Assembly: GCA_028534125.1 (NCBI GenBank)
Contig: CM052836.1
Location: 12,276,001-12,340,000 of the forward strand
Source of the DNA: Lama glama
Lineage: Eukaryota
DNA: 64,000 nucleotides
Direction of reading: 5' to 3'
Shown: piece after piece, positions 25,491 through 38,052 of the stretch
Layout of the letters: each line of letters begins with the position of its first letter
Numbering within the stretch: position 1 is the first letter of the stretch
Translations under genes and position numbers: made by a program
The notes under the pieces: generated by a model
Database searches by the model: none
The model's input: the letters and a program-made list of their open reading frames with translations, nothing else
What the model was told of the DNA's origin: nothing

Positions 25491-28400
25491 CAGCCACTCC
25501 AGGAGCTGTGCACATCTGGAGAATCAGGGGCTGCTCCTCGCAGTACTGACCTAGTCCTCACTCGCCGCTAAGCCTTACAGGAGACACTCACCCCGCAGAT
25601 GGAGGAGGTGCCGTGTCACCGGGAGAGACACCTGTGTACCATTGGTGGTGGCTGGCACTTCCCCAGGAAAACAGAATGTGAGGGACCTCAGGGTGCAGAG
25701 TCGAGGACGTCTGTCCGCGTGATCCCAAGTCCAGAGGCTGTTCTCTGCCAAATACCTTAATCGGTGATGCCCATGTGGCAAAGAGTCCCCGGCTGTAAGA
25801 TGACCCGAGTTCAAGAGCCCTGTCCGATGCATCCCTTGTGGCTTTTCCTTTGAGCGGTTCCAGGTCTGCTTTGAGAGCAGCTGCACATCGTCCGTGGGTC
25901 TGTTGCACTTTCTTCTCGGTTTTCGCTCCCGTCACGTCCCTTTAAAACAGAGTCATTGTTCTGCGAATGCTAACCGTCCCTTCCGTTCCATCCTCTTTGC
26001 CACTTTGTCCTTACGTCCCCCCAGAACATTTACCTCGGGGGCTTTGGTGTCAGGGCTGCCACCTGCAAGTCACCTGCGATGTTCCAAAGCGGTTACCAGC
26101 CTTGTGATTTCTGTTGGGTCCCCAGGCTGGTGTCATATGTCACCCTTTTTGTTTCCGATGAAGCTGCTGTTGTGAAACTCAGAAAAAAAAACAAAAAAAC
26201 ACCTTGCCCGAGAATAGCACTTTAATAGCCAGATAGAAATGTGTTTACCCGTCCGATTCTGGGAGCCTTTTGGTGAGCTCAGCTGAGCTTGGAGAGAGAC
26301 TGTGAGGCAGGGCACACCCCACCTGTCCGTGGGAAGCATTGTCTTTACGTTTTAGTCCCGTCATCCCCACACGAGGCTGCTGCTTCCTCTGGAAACGTGT
26401 TGCTTCCAAAGACAGAGCCATCTGATGAGTCAGGTTAGAGCGGGGTCTCCGCGAGGGCTGGCAGGGACCGCGTGCCGTCAGGTGGCTCAGACACTTGATT
26501 TGGGGCCTTAAGGGTGAGGTCTGTGGGGTTACAGAGCCAGGCCCCCACTTGTGACGCGGAGAGCATTAGTCCATCCTCGAAGGAGAGAAAGTTTAGCGTG
26601 ATAGCATCGAATCGCATGCCAAATTTCTCGAAGTAAGTTTTAGTCCCACCAGAAAGCAGTTGCACATGAGGCAGAGAGACGTTGCAGGAGGGGGACGGAG
26701 CCGGTCATCCGAAGGCCAGCGCCTCACCTGGCTAGGGGGCGACCACCGCGGGGTTTGGGCGAGCAGGTCTCAGCTCCGTATCTCTCAGAGGGACAGACCA
26801 GCCGGGCTCTGAGTGCCACTTAGATGGTCTCACTGTCCCCCAGAACCAAACCAGTGAGGTCGCCCCGCTCTTCTCTGCAGTCATGGTAAAGATTTCCACT
26901 TCCATGGTTCTCCTGACAGTTCTTCTGCTGAAAATTAGTATTAATGAGAATAAAGAGAGTTGGTCTCAGAGGACTCTGAGCTCTCTCAGCAAGTTGTGGC
27001 TCTTCTCCCCCCAAAATTGCCTCCCGTTCAGACGCAGCCGTGCTAAGAGCGAAGGGGATTTACTTCCGTTGGTGGGCGGGGGAGCCGTCGTGAGGGTCGC
27101 GGCCACACCGTGGGCCGTGGGCCTCACTGACCGCGGAAGCACAGCCCCGATGTCCCGTCCTCACTCTGGCTGTCCGGACAAGTGACCTTAGACGCCCCCC
27201 TTGGTCTGATCCCTCTCATCTGCACGACGCGGAGGTGGTACATCGGGTTCAGAGATCTTGTTTTATGGAAGGTGTGTAACCCCCCCCCCCATTGACCCCT
27301 TTCCTGAGACAAGCAATACTGGGAGCGGAAGTGGGCAGGTGACGGGTTGCCCATGGGGTGGGTGCTTTTGCTGCGCAAACTTTACAGCCAATGAATGTAT
27401 CTGGCCCTGTAGCTGAGGGCAGAGGGCTTGGCTGGAGGGCCTTCTCTGTCTATAGAAAACCAGTGTGGGAGGTGGGAGGTGAGCCAACAAGGCGCAGACT
27501 TGGATCAGATACGTCCTGGCCTGGAATGACCTGCTGCCATCTAGTTAGGAGTGTCTTTGGCGGTCACATAAAAAGTTAGTGCTGAACAACCAGGAGATTC
27601 CTGGAGTCCCGCTTCGGCTCTCTGGTCGAGGGTCTTCTGTATTTGGGTGGCAGGAAAGCTTTATCTCCAGCTCTCAGAGCATAATCATTTCCGCTTGTCC
27701 TGATGTTGGCAGGTGCTGATTTTGTGACACTGTATGACTTCCTCCCACGGTGTCCAGTCTGCGCCACCAAAATCCACGTAGTTACAGGAAAAGGTGAGAC
27801 TCCCATCTAGATACTGACTAGGGGTAGAAAGTTTAAAACAGGCAGATTTTTTTATGAAGCAGGAGCAGGAATGTGTGACCAAAGAATGTTTTCAGGTTGG
27901 TTTTAGCTTCTTTAGACTGGGGAGATTGTGTAGATTTTCAACATGCTCCCTGTCTTTGAGGCGTCGGAAAGCTCTTGACAGGGTGACAGCCGACCAAAAA
28001 GGAGGCTGGCTCCCAACGCAGGTTCCTCCGTCCGGAGAGTCTCCGCTCTCCTCCCCTCCTGCGGTGTCTCTTTGGAGTGACAAAGGCTCTCCTGCTGGAA
28101 CTTGGAATCCACGACCTCGTGACTTCCAGCTGATTTTTCAAAGATGAGTTAACCCCTTCCGCTTCATGGAGATTCATGGACGTACGGCTGCATGTGTGTG
28201 TCTGTGTCTGTACACGCACACAGACACACACACACATCAGACTCATTCGGGCAGTTTTTAAGAGCTCAACTCTAAATCCCAAGCCATGTCCTTTGGGTTT
28301 TTCTGTCGTCATTCTCAAAAGCCAACAGTTTCTGGCTTCTGAGTCATCGGTCATATCTCTAGCGATTTTTTTTTCTTGAAATTCTGAAAATGATTCAGAT

Positions 28401-30255
28401 ATGTGTGTGTATTTAATTCACTGAGATGATCTGTAAACTTGGATGGTATTTATTCTAAATGGGGAAAAAAGCAATTTTATACTGCAAATCTATGTAATTT
28501 ATAATGGTTTTGTTTTATATATTATATTTTCATATCTTTAGGGCACATCTACTATTCTCATCTTTTTGTACATCATACTTGACAGAAAAAAAAATACTAA
28601 TACTTGACGAAATCTCTAGGAACCAAATGTGATATACGTAACGTGCAGAAGTCGCTCTGAAAACCCCTGCGTGTTCTCGCCCACCGAGCCTGCTGCGCCG
28701 TGTGACCCGTTACACCCGGAAGCATTGGTCTCAGAGGCTGATGAGCATTTCTTGTTTCAAAGCCTAGGTCAGAGGGCCTGACATCCCACACACTGGAGTC
28801 CAGAATCCTCCCTTTTTTTTTTTAACATTTTTTTTATTGAGTTATAGTCATTTTACAATGTTGTGTCAAATTCCAATGTGGAGCACAGAATCCTCCCTTC
28901 TTTGTCTCTTTATTGTGCGTTTCAGTTTTTAATTGCAGAAGGCCGTGTTGTTGAAGCTGCCCTTTCAAGGGCACACGTGAGGTAAGAAAGCACCTGGTGG
29001 AAGGGCTGACGTGACCTGCGGCTCCGTAACGCGTTCCCTGGGCTGACGACGTTCTGCGTCGCGTGCTTGGATTGTTATTTTTTGGTGACCCGGGATCTGT
29101 TCAGCTCTAGCTGGTGAAGGAAACGTGGGGCCCAGGGAATATTTGCATGTCCTGAGCAGACAGCACAGACCAGCTCAGCCGGGCACGGCCATCCCAGGCA
29201 CTGGCGCTGCCGTGTCAGAAAAGCAGCCCCGACTCCGTGTGCTCGCAGGCGGGGCGACAGGGCTGCACCAGGGTGAGGCCCCTGAGTGGCAGCCCCTGCG
29301 GCGCTGAGACCAGGGATTTCCTCCAGCGTTTCCCTGGGGGAGAAAGTAGAGCAGTTACCGTAACGTTCAGATGCTCCACAGTGCGGCGACCATCCTGGAC
29401 CTCTCCTCGCAAACGTTTTTGCAGTCCCTTAAGATCATGATCCCTGTTTCTGTTCTTTTTAAACTAATTCATGGGTTCTCTTTCAGTGTCTACCGAGTCG
29501 CATCGTATACTCACATAGTTTGAGCACCTGTTACCTTCAAGAAATTAAGTCATTTTTACGTTCACCAATTCATTTAAAAATCCTTCAGTAGATAACAAAG
29601 TTCACTTTCCTAATGACTCTTAGGGTTCCTACAGTGATTAATAAGGTTTGGATTAAGCAAATCAGTGGTGGGGAAAAGAATCAAATAAAACAGAATTGCT
29701 CATTATGCTTTCCTGAGGACTGAGTGCTTGTTATACAAGAAAACCTCGTATGGAGGTGACCAGGATCTTTAATTGAGACTTTTTTCTTAGAGATGCCATT
29801 TTTCAGGAGGCTAATGCTTAGATGACCACAATCAAAACTGAAGCTCGTAGAGAAAGTAAAAGCAGAAAGCAAAAAGTTCTCAGAATATTCCGGCGTGAAT
29901 TACTTTTATCTCACTGGGAATGGAAACCTTCCAGTGTCCCTCAGACACCCTGGAGCTGCCTGCAGTGAGTCGGGGTACAGGAGGTACTCGTTCCTGCGTC
30001 CCATGTGCTGAACCTCTGGGTCTAGACATCCTTTGTTAAAACCGGAAAACAAGACGGGAAAATGTATCTGGGCGGAAATGTCAAACTGTTGATTTGTGAA
30101 TTGTAACTTTTAAAAACTAATTGAAACATGTAAACCAATGACTAATATTTAAGCTGATCTAGCAGCAAAGGAAAAAAAAACCCCTGAAAATCCACATGAC
30201 CCATCCTGTATTTTGATTGTTGCTTTAATAAAGGATCTGCACTGGTGTGCTGTGT
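25491..30255 (+). other. MFAP3L: MFAP3L long 3' UTR (~4.75 kb)
   Basis: Repeat-poor DNA after the stop, with AU-rich blocks (28380-28640, 30050-30230), ending at AATAAA followed by a GU-rich element. The end point is inferred. Confidence 0.7.
28815..28885 (-). mobile_element. Very young 71-bp L1 3' end in the 3' UTR, perfect 14-bp TSD
   Basis: TSD cagaatcctccctt at 28801-14 and 28886-99 around tttt..aacattttttttattgagttatagtcattttacaatgttgtgtcaaattcc. Confidence 0.92.
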
Positions 30256-30265
30256 GCGTCGTGTC
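30227..30265 (+). terminator. Main polyadenylation signal AATAAA with downstream GU-rich element
   Basis: AATAAA at 30227-30232, U-rich upstream (tgtattttgattgttgcttt), ggtgtgctgtgtgcgtcgtgt downstream. Other AATAAA at 26949, 29684 and 30404. Confidence 0.7.
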
Positions 30266-32511
30266 CCACCTGGAGCCAAAAAGCGTGGAAGAGGGTGGTG
30301 CTGGCGTCAGGGGACAAATCAGCCATTGTGCCATCACAGGAGAGACTCAGGAGAGCTTTGTCCGAACTGTGTGATTTTGACGGGTGTGTGTTTTCAGATG
30401 CAGAATAAACAGTTGCTAACTTTTTCTTCTTTATAGGTTTTGGAATGGTATGTTCTGCATGGGCCTTAATCAGAGGAGCCTAGGTAAGGCTTCATGTTAA
30501 TCTGCGTGGTTTTTCAGATGTGTGTCATCACAGAGCTGGAAAGTGAGCGTCAGGTGTCCTGATTCCCGTCTCTTTGGCTGTGTTCCTGACAGCCAGGGGT
30601 TCAGGTCTGCTTGAGCGTCTCCGACGGTGTGGAGTCTGTGACCACGTGCTATACACGTCTCTTGGTGGGTGGGGTTTAAGCGCTGAGTCAAGGTTCTTGA
30701 AAGTGGTTCCACCCTGGTCCTTGTCGAGCCATCTGGAGCCAAAAGCATGAGTTTGTCCTGCCGCAATAAAATTGTCCTTTTACCGTCAAGCCCAAATGAA
30801 AATGATAATTGTATTCATATCACAGAGAGGATTACCAAACCTGGGTGCTCCTGGCACCCCGACATTGAGCACATGCTGTGTGGCAGACACGCTCATTTGA
30901 GTTTGATTTCTGCCAGCGGGCATGTCGGAGGCAGAAGTCAGGAGAATCTGGGGCTCCCCTGGCCCCCGAGATGCCCTGAGGCTGCAGCTCATTAAATAAA
31001 AGATGGTTCAAAGGCCAGAAAAATGAAAGAACCAGCAGATTAAGTGCCTCAGTAGACGAGTGTGTTTTGGAAGGATCATTAGGACTGACATAATGATAGG
31101 AGTGGGTGTGTGCTGAGCGGCACACACAGATATTGAGTATCTCTAAGTAACAGTTCAATCAGAGCCAGCACCGATTGCATTTAATTATCAGGTAAAAGGA
31201 AGATGCCAAAGGTAAAATAAGAATTTTCCTAAAATATTAAATAACTAATACCAAATAAGCTAAGAAATACCAATGAAGGTTGATATAGCAATACGGATTT
31301 TTCAAAAAGCAAATTTCTCACCACCACAGGAGTAGGTTTTCTTATAATAGACTCCTGTTTGGAAGCTCAGTATGGAATAGGAACCCCATGGAGCATGTGA
31401 AACATCACCTGCGGGTAGAACACTGACAGAATTCAGTGACTTGCTGTCGGCAGTTCAAATGCTGCACGATAGTTCATACGACGCTGATACGTATCGGAGA
31501 CCCCGGCGTGATCGGTGTCCCTGGTTTCAAGTCTGGTTATTACGTCCCCTGTGGCACCCATCCCCCCAGGTGAGGAGGTGAGCAAAGTTGTCCCAGAGCT
31601 TTAAGAAGATTCCTGATTCTAAACATCAAGGTTTTCACATGATGTGGGGGAAAAAATAACAGGTTTGTCTGAAGAAAGAGGTAACATTCTCCAGGACCAG
31701 CTTCACGGAGCTCCCTTGCTGTCAGGCGAGTTTCTGTCTTCCCTGCGAACCTACCTCTGCTGTCAGGCCGTGAACCGAGCTGTTACACGTGAGATAAGAT
31801 GCTCGATTACGGAACAGAGCCTGGGAGAAACCCGTCCGCCTTCTGGTAGACACTTGAGTGCAGGAGAGGTAAATTTTAATGCTGACTCTGTTTGAAACAT
31901 TACAAAAGTCATGACCTGACACCGTCCTTGTAGAAATGTGTTCATCTAAGGAAGAAGAAATTAGAAAGTGTTAAGACCTCAGAAATGGCAGAAAACTTAA
32001 ATATATTCCATTTCTAGGAAAAAAGGAAGATGGCAGCTGATATGGGGAATCTGATCATTAAGTTTTTTTATCTGCAAGATGTACATTCGCTAACTTTTTT
32101 CTCATCACAGTAATTATTGAAATACATGACATTTCTGACACCCTGCCAGATCTTGGGGGAAAAAACCCAAATTTAACCCAAATGTTTAAAAAAATGCATA
32201 TAAATAGATAATTCTTATGTTATGCTAATTATTTTGTTATCTTTCACCCATAATGAACTTGAGATGACTCACTTAAATATATTTTACTTTCTGTGCATCC
32301 TTTGAAATTAGTAACTGATCTGGTTCACACAAGTTCACCGACTCTCAAGAACCAGGCTGCTTCAGTAATCAGATGTCTTACTCCGAGTCATTTTGAATCA
32401 GTGAGAGGTTTTCAGTATGATCATAACAGCTGAACAGCTGGATGATCAAGGAAGGTTTTTCTTTAAAAACAAAAGATTTTCTGCTGTAACACAGGAATCA
32501 GATGATTATCC

Positions 32512-32830
32512 TGTGCTCACAGACTGAATGTTGTGTCCTCTCAAAAACCAGGTGTCAAAATCCTAATCCCCAGTGTGATGGCGTCAGGAGGGGTGCTTTG
32601 GGGGGTGATTGGGTCGTGAGGGTGGAGCCCCGTGAATGAGGTTAGTGCCCTTATAAAGAGACCCTGGGGAGCTCCCCCACCCTCCCACCGCATAAGACGC
32701 AGCGAGAAGACAGCCCTCTCCAGACACTGAATCTTCCAGAGCCTTGATTATTGGACCTCCCAGCCTCCAGAACTGGGAGAAATGAATGGTTTTGTTGCAG
32801 GTGCCAGTCTGTGGTAATTAGGCCCTTTAT
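32512..32830 (+). mobile_element. MaLR solo LTR, MLT1A/A0-like
   Basis: gactgaatgttgtgtcc, aaatcctaatccccagtgtgatgg, gagggtggagcccc..gattagtgcccttataaagaga-like box, ttggacctcccagcctccagaactg. Confidence 0.85.
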
Positions 32831-32859
32831 CCTGAGGTAAGTCCAGGCTCTCCTGCGGT

Positions 32860-33135
32860 TGTGAGAAATTGTACAGAGATCTCCCACATCCACTTCACAG
32901 GTGGTAACCTCATACAGCAGTGTGCACACCATCGCGATGGGACATCAACAGTGACACAGTTCCCCAGTCATAACCGGATCGCCCAGTTTTCCACACACTC
33001 ATCTGTGTGCATGAATTTAGTTGTGTGACATTTTATCACGTGTGTAGGGCTGGGCGTCCACCGCCACCATCCAGAAGCAGAATATTCCATCACACAAGGA
33101 TCCCTCCAGTTCCCCTTTTATAACCTCCCCTCCCG
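32860..33135 (-). mobile_element. Old L1MC/MD 3' fragment
   Basis: attttatcacgtgtgtag..ccaccgccaccatc..attccatcacacaaggatccctc..cccttttata. Confidence 0.6.
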
Positions 33136-34470
33136 CCCCACCACCCCAGAACGCTTTATTTTAACTTTACTTAATTAGATAACTGAAGCTTATCTGGAAC
33201 CAACTGTAATAAGTGTGTTTGTCTGATAGACATCTGTGCAAATGTGTCCGTCTGGCTGTCTGATTTCCCGTTGCTTTAGAAGAACTCGTACAATGAAGAC
33301 AGGTGTGGTTTCTGAAATACACAGGGAAGGCAGCCAGACACTTGAAATCCTAGAAAACTCTTGAGAAGGAGGGGACCTGAGGGAGCATCAGTCACGCTGT
33401 CTTGGAGGAGGAGCTACTGGCCACCCAAACCCACCCTAACTGCTCTCGGAGCCAGAGATACAGGACACGGAGTAAAGGCATCGTTGCTACACGCCTTTAA
33501 ATGCCTCAAAGAAGGAGAAGGCCCGCTCTCCTGTATCCCCAGTGTCCCATACCCCCTAGGTCTGCTCTGCAGGTCCCAGAACCGAGAGCGCAGGGTGCTA
33601 ATGGCACCAGGAGAGCCCAATTCTGTGACACTGGTGACCTGCTCGCCTTGCTTTCCTCCCCCTTGGGTGAGACAGGACTTGGAGGTAAGTGCCCAGCCCC
33701 TCGGCCACGCTGAGATGCCTGCCACGCCTGATGTACTGAGGAAGCGTGAACACCGCTACCATCTCAAGCGCTGGCCTGAAGGCCACCAGCCGGGCTTGAG
33801 GAGATGGTCTGCCCAACTCGAGGGAAGCTGCAGGGGGCAGGGTGCGGAACAGGGTCACCCCTCGTTCGCAGCCACTCTTTCATGGAATGGCACCGTGGAA
33901 GAGTCCCTCCTTCAGAGTAACATTTTCCTCTTACGGTGCAAAGGCCCTGGACTCGGAATCCCATTTGGCCTTGTTAGGCATTGCAAGTGCATGGCGTGGA
34001 CTGGTTTAATCCTGTGACTCTACCTAACAGCCACTGAAGTCTGAGTGCCCAGAGCAGGAGAGTGAGGCTATCCAAGGAGACTTAGGGAGGCCAGCCCTGG
34101 GCGCAGGGCAAGCAGTCAAGAGCTGGATGCTCACCTCTTGGAAGCATAAGAGGAGCTGCCTACGGAAAGCAAGAGAAAATTGAAAAATGGCTCCTACGTC
34201 GTGCTGTCAGCCAGGAGCAGCCATGCCCAGATAAGAGTGAATTTTTAAATATGGCAAATACTGCATGCATTCACTTACGTGAATCAGTCATTAAAATTCC
34301 AGAAAATTACACTCATTACCTGATTTCTAGCCAAGAAATCCCTCCAGTTTTGGTCCTGGTTGTCTCCTAGGTGACATGAATCTCAGTGCTTAAAGCATTT
34401 TGGTCTAAGCTAATCAGCAGAGTCTGTTATAAAACTTGAGTTATTAAACCATGTCTCAGAAACGATTCCT

Positions 34471-34891
34471 GGAAGCAACCGAAGTGTCCATTGACAGATG
34501 ATTGGCTNNNNNNNNNNNNNNNNNNNNNNNNNNNNNNNNNNNNNNNNNNNNNNNNNNNNNNNNNNNNNNNNNNNNNNNNNNNNNNNNNNNNNNNNNNNNN
34601 NNNNNNNNNNNNNNNNNNNNNNNNNNNNNNNNNNNNNNNNNNNNNNNCTTGTATGTGGAATCTTTTAAAAATGATACAAATGAACTTATTTACAAAACAA
34701 ACATAGAAGACAAACTTATGGTTATGAAAGGGGAAAGAAGAGGGTAAGAGACAAATCAGAAGTTTGGGATTAACAGATACACACTACTGTATATAAAATA
34801 GATGAACAACAGTGTCTACTGTGCAGCACAGGGAACTATATTCAATAGCTTGTAATAACCTATCATGGAAAAAACTCAAAATGAAAAAAAG
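34471..34891 (+). mobile_element. L1 3' part (spans an assembly gap), lacks the terminal ~100 nt, 12-bp TSD
   Basis: gaagcaaccgaagtgtccattgacagatga ... cacagggaactatattcaatagcttgtaataaccta; TSD gaaacgattcct (34459-70) / gaaatgattcct (34892-903). Confidence 0.88.
34508..34647. other. Assembly gap (140 N)
   Basis: Run of n. Confidence 1.
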
Positions 34892-35291
34892 GAAATGATT
34901 CCTCAGTGATAGTGGAGGACAGACTTTCCAGGAAACAGTAATATTGAAGCATCTTTCAAATACCTGTTTATTTTGAGGGTGAAACATTAGTTAGGGTATT
35001 TGGTTTCTATTACATTCAGAAATGTTTTTTACAGTTGCCTCATCAGTAACATTGCTGTTCCGTAGTTTCCACTCAAAACTCAGGATTACGCACAAGATCC
35101 CTACACCACACTCTGTGATGTTCAGTTTTCTTCTGTCTCCCCTGAGTTTTGCCCTGTTTTCTCTGCATATGCTGTATTTTCAGCCTTACAAGATCATTCA
35201 TGCTCATTTATCAACAGTAGGGTGTAACATTTCCTGTCCTTTTTCCATATCAAAGAGTATTCAGATGAAGCTAGGTAAACCCTTGTCTTTT

Positions 35292-35520
35292 TTTAAAATT
35301 GAAGTCTAGTCAGTTTACAGTGTTGTGCTAGTTTCTGGTGTACAGCATAGTGGTTCAGTTATACACACATATTTTCAGATTCTTTTTCATTATAGGCTGG
35401 TACAAGGCATTGAATATAGCCCTCTGTGCTAGACAGTAGGACCTTGTTGTTTATCGACTTTGTGTGCAGTAGTTTGTATCTGCAAATCCTGAATCTACCA
35501 CGGAGCTATTCCCACCCCCC
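35292..35520 (-). mobile_element. L1 3' end carrying a 27-nt SINE-like 5' head
   Basis: L1 tail 35292-35493; reverse complement of 35494-35520 (ggggggtgggaatagctccgtggtaga) matches the SINE head at 48147. Confidence 0.75.
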
Positions 35521-37917
35521 GCGAGTCTTTTCTTTGGTTTCCACTTCGTAACGACGCACACCTTTCTTCCTCCCTGTCTTATAGGCAGTTTAACCTAATA
35601 GGTAACCCCACATTCTAAGAAACAAAAAAAGCAATTTTCCCAAGACCATAATAGACCCTGAGCTCTGCTCGACAGCTCTGTGTCCCCACAGTGCTTCCCA
35701 CGGGAGCTCAAAGATGCCAGCCTTCAGTAAACGTTAATTAACTGAGAGCAAATATGTCTTCTCGCTAATGAGGATCTACTGGTGTTGGGCTAAATGTCTT
35801 CTTTCATAGGGCCCAGCGAAGGGTAAAAAGCACATTTTGAAGAGTCTCTTTTAACCTGAAACCATTAAACTTGTCCCAACTCCCCCATCCTCAGGATGGT
35901 TTTTCTGGGTAGGTTTCCTTTTTTCACAAACAGAATATAACTTTGCCCTTTTCGTCGAACTTGAACCTGATATTTTAAAAGGCTGTTTGGAAAGTCTTTT
36001 GCCGCTCTCGTGGTGTCAGGGTGAGGCACTTTCCCACAGTTAGAAACCTGCAGTGAATTCGAGAGGAAGGAATCGTGACTCTGAAATGAGTTCCCTGTCA
36101 CTTCGTATCGTGTTCTGGGAGAGCAGTTTTCAGTCCCCAGAGGGTGGAGCAGAATAAACCCGCATCCTTCACAGATACCAGCGGGGCCAGTCCGTGCGCC
36201 CCGGGGACGGGTTCACACGTTAACCGTCCAGGCTGCCTCCCTTCTAGGTGTCTTACCTCCAAAGAAACAGCATAATTCCAGTGCTGTCCCTGAGCCTGAA
36301 ATCTTCGCCAGGGCAGAGCGGCCCCCCTGGAGAATTAACCCCCACACAGCTGATGGGCTTAAATCTTCCTAAAGGACCAGGTGTTTGTCCCCCTGCCCCC
36401 TCCCCATTTGCTTTCAGGGCACAAACAGGGCAACGCTGCACACGGGCCTCGTGGGAGCAGGAAAATGGGGCTCGTGAAGTGAGAGGTCACTTCAGGTTGA
36501 GAACGGAGAGGATGTGAGTGTCCCTCCTCACACGCGCTGACCCTGAGCCCCTAGCCCGCAGTTCTGCAGCCCGTGCCCGGGGTTGGGAAGGGCCACCGTC
36601 CGCCGCCTTCCTCGGGGGATGAAGGCAACTTCCCTCATTCGTTGTCTCAGGGAGTCCACATCACTTCCTCCCCGCCTCCTCCTCCTTCCTCGGGGATCCC
36701 AGCTCTGCACCTGGCTCTTGTTATGGCCTGGCTCCTCGGTCACTGACACGCGGGTCTGTGAAGGGCCCAGCATTGCTGCGTGCGCTCCGCTTCCCCGGGC
36801 TGGGCCACTGCTTTCTGACGTAACACCAGCCCTGCCCGACCTTGCCGTAAATCCTCTCTTCTGGCATTTGCAGTCACAAGAGGCTGGACTCTGGGTATTA
36901 CTTAACTGTGGGGTAGAAATGCCTTTAACCCTCTCAAGAACTCACTTTTCCCTACTTACCTGCTGTGCGTCTCTGAGCTCTGCAGGCCTCTGTATCCCCA
37001 CGCGATGAAGGACCTGTTCAATCCTGACGTGGATTCAAGGTGGCCCCATTGTGTTTTAGTTTTATGAGGATATCGTGTGAATAGAATCTTAATTGCTCTT
37101 TCTCAGTTCTCAGGAATTCAGTTTCACCGATTATCAAGTGCTCGCTCTGTAACCTGACCTTACACTGAGTGAGTCAGAACAGCTCCTGCTCTGATACCCA
37201 CTTACATTGTCTTCTTACCCAGCAGGCAGTAAGCTCATGGAAATGAGAAGCATGCATTTCCTGTACAGTTTTCCCGATCTGATCACCTCTGGACCTATTT
37301 CCGTTTTATATTGTGTGTTAAATTTAAGCTAAACAGCAGGGGGGGAATTTATAGGAAAGAAAATGTGGGGGGTAATCCTCGCCATGTCTTGGTTCGTCCA
37401 GCGTGAGTCCAGGGTGCGTTGTTTTCCTGCGGGTTAGCGGGTTCGAGGTTCCTGGGGTCCAACAGGATCTCCTGGTGCTACATGGTAACTAGGTAACACG
37501 CACCTCATCATCTCCCGGCACCTACAGATGGACAGCGGGGCGTCACCCTGATCAGTAGCGAACTCTGCCCAGTGAAGAAACAGACATTTACATAAAAACA
37601 TCCTTCATCTTGATACTGGTACACATAACCTCTTGACTCATTGAACAGTGGTGTTTTCCAGTAACGCAAAACGATCATTTTTTTGGGTAAAGTTCATGTG
37701 ATAATCTTCAGATGAAAGGCCAGAAAGGACGTATAGATTTGGAGACTAACCCTGATGTATGTGTGTTATTCAGACTGTCTCAGAGTGAGGAATCTCTGAA
37801 ACAGAGAGCTGAGGTATTGATCCTGTTTTGTAGTTAAGATGATTCTGAATTCATTACCCCTTAAAGAATTCTCCCTCATGTGGGCAGTTGGTATTCAGCT
37901 GAACCAAATACTGCCCC

Positions 37918-38052
37918 TTTTTTGTTTTGTTGGGTTTTTGGGGTGGGTAAGAGTAGGTTTATTTATTTATTTCAATGGAGGCCCTGGGGATGGAACCCAG
38001 GACCTTGTGTATGCTAAGCACGCACTCTACCACTGAGCTGCACCCTCCCACC
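37918..38052 (-). mobile_element. Full-length tRNA-derived SINE (Vic-1 type)
   Basis: Reverse complement gggagggtgcagctcagtggtagagtgcgtgcttagcatacacaaggtcctgggttccatccccag + (taaa)n tail. Confidence 0.9.

Noticed and set aside
34491-34747. ORFs containing X runs (also 43055-43483)
   Set aside because: Artefacts of N gaps inside L1.
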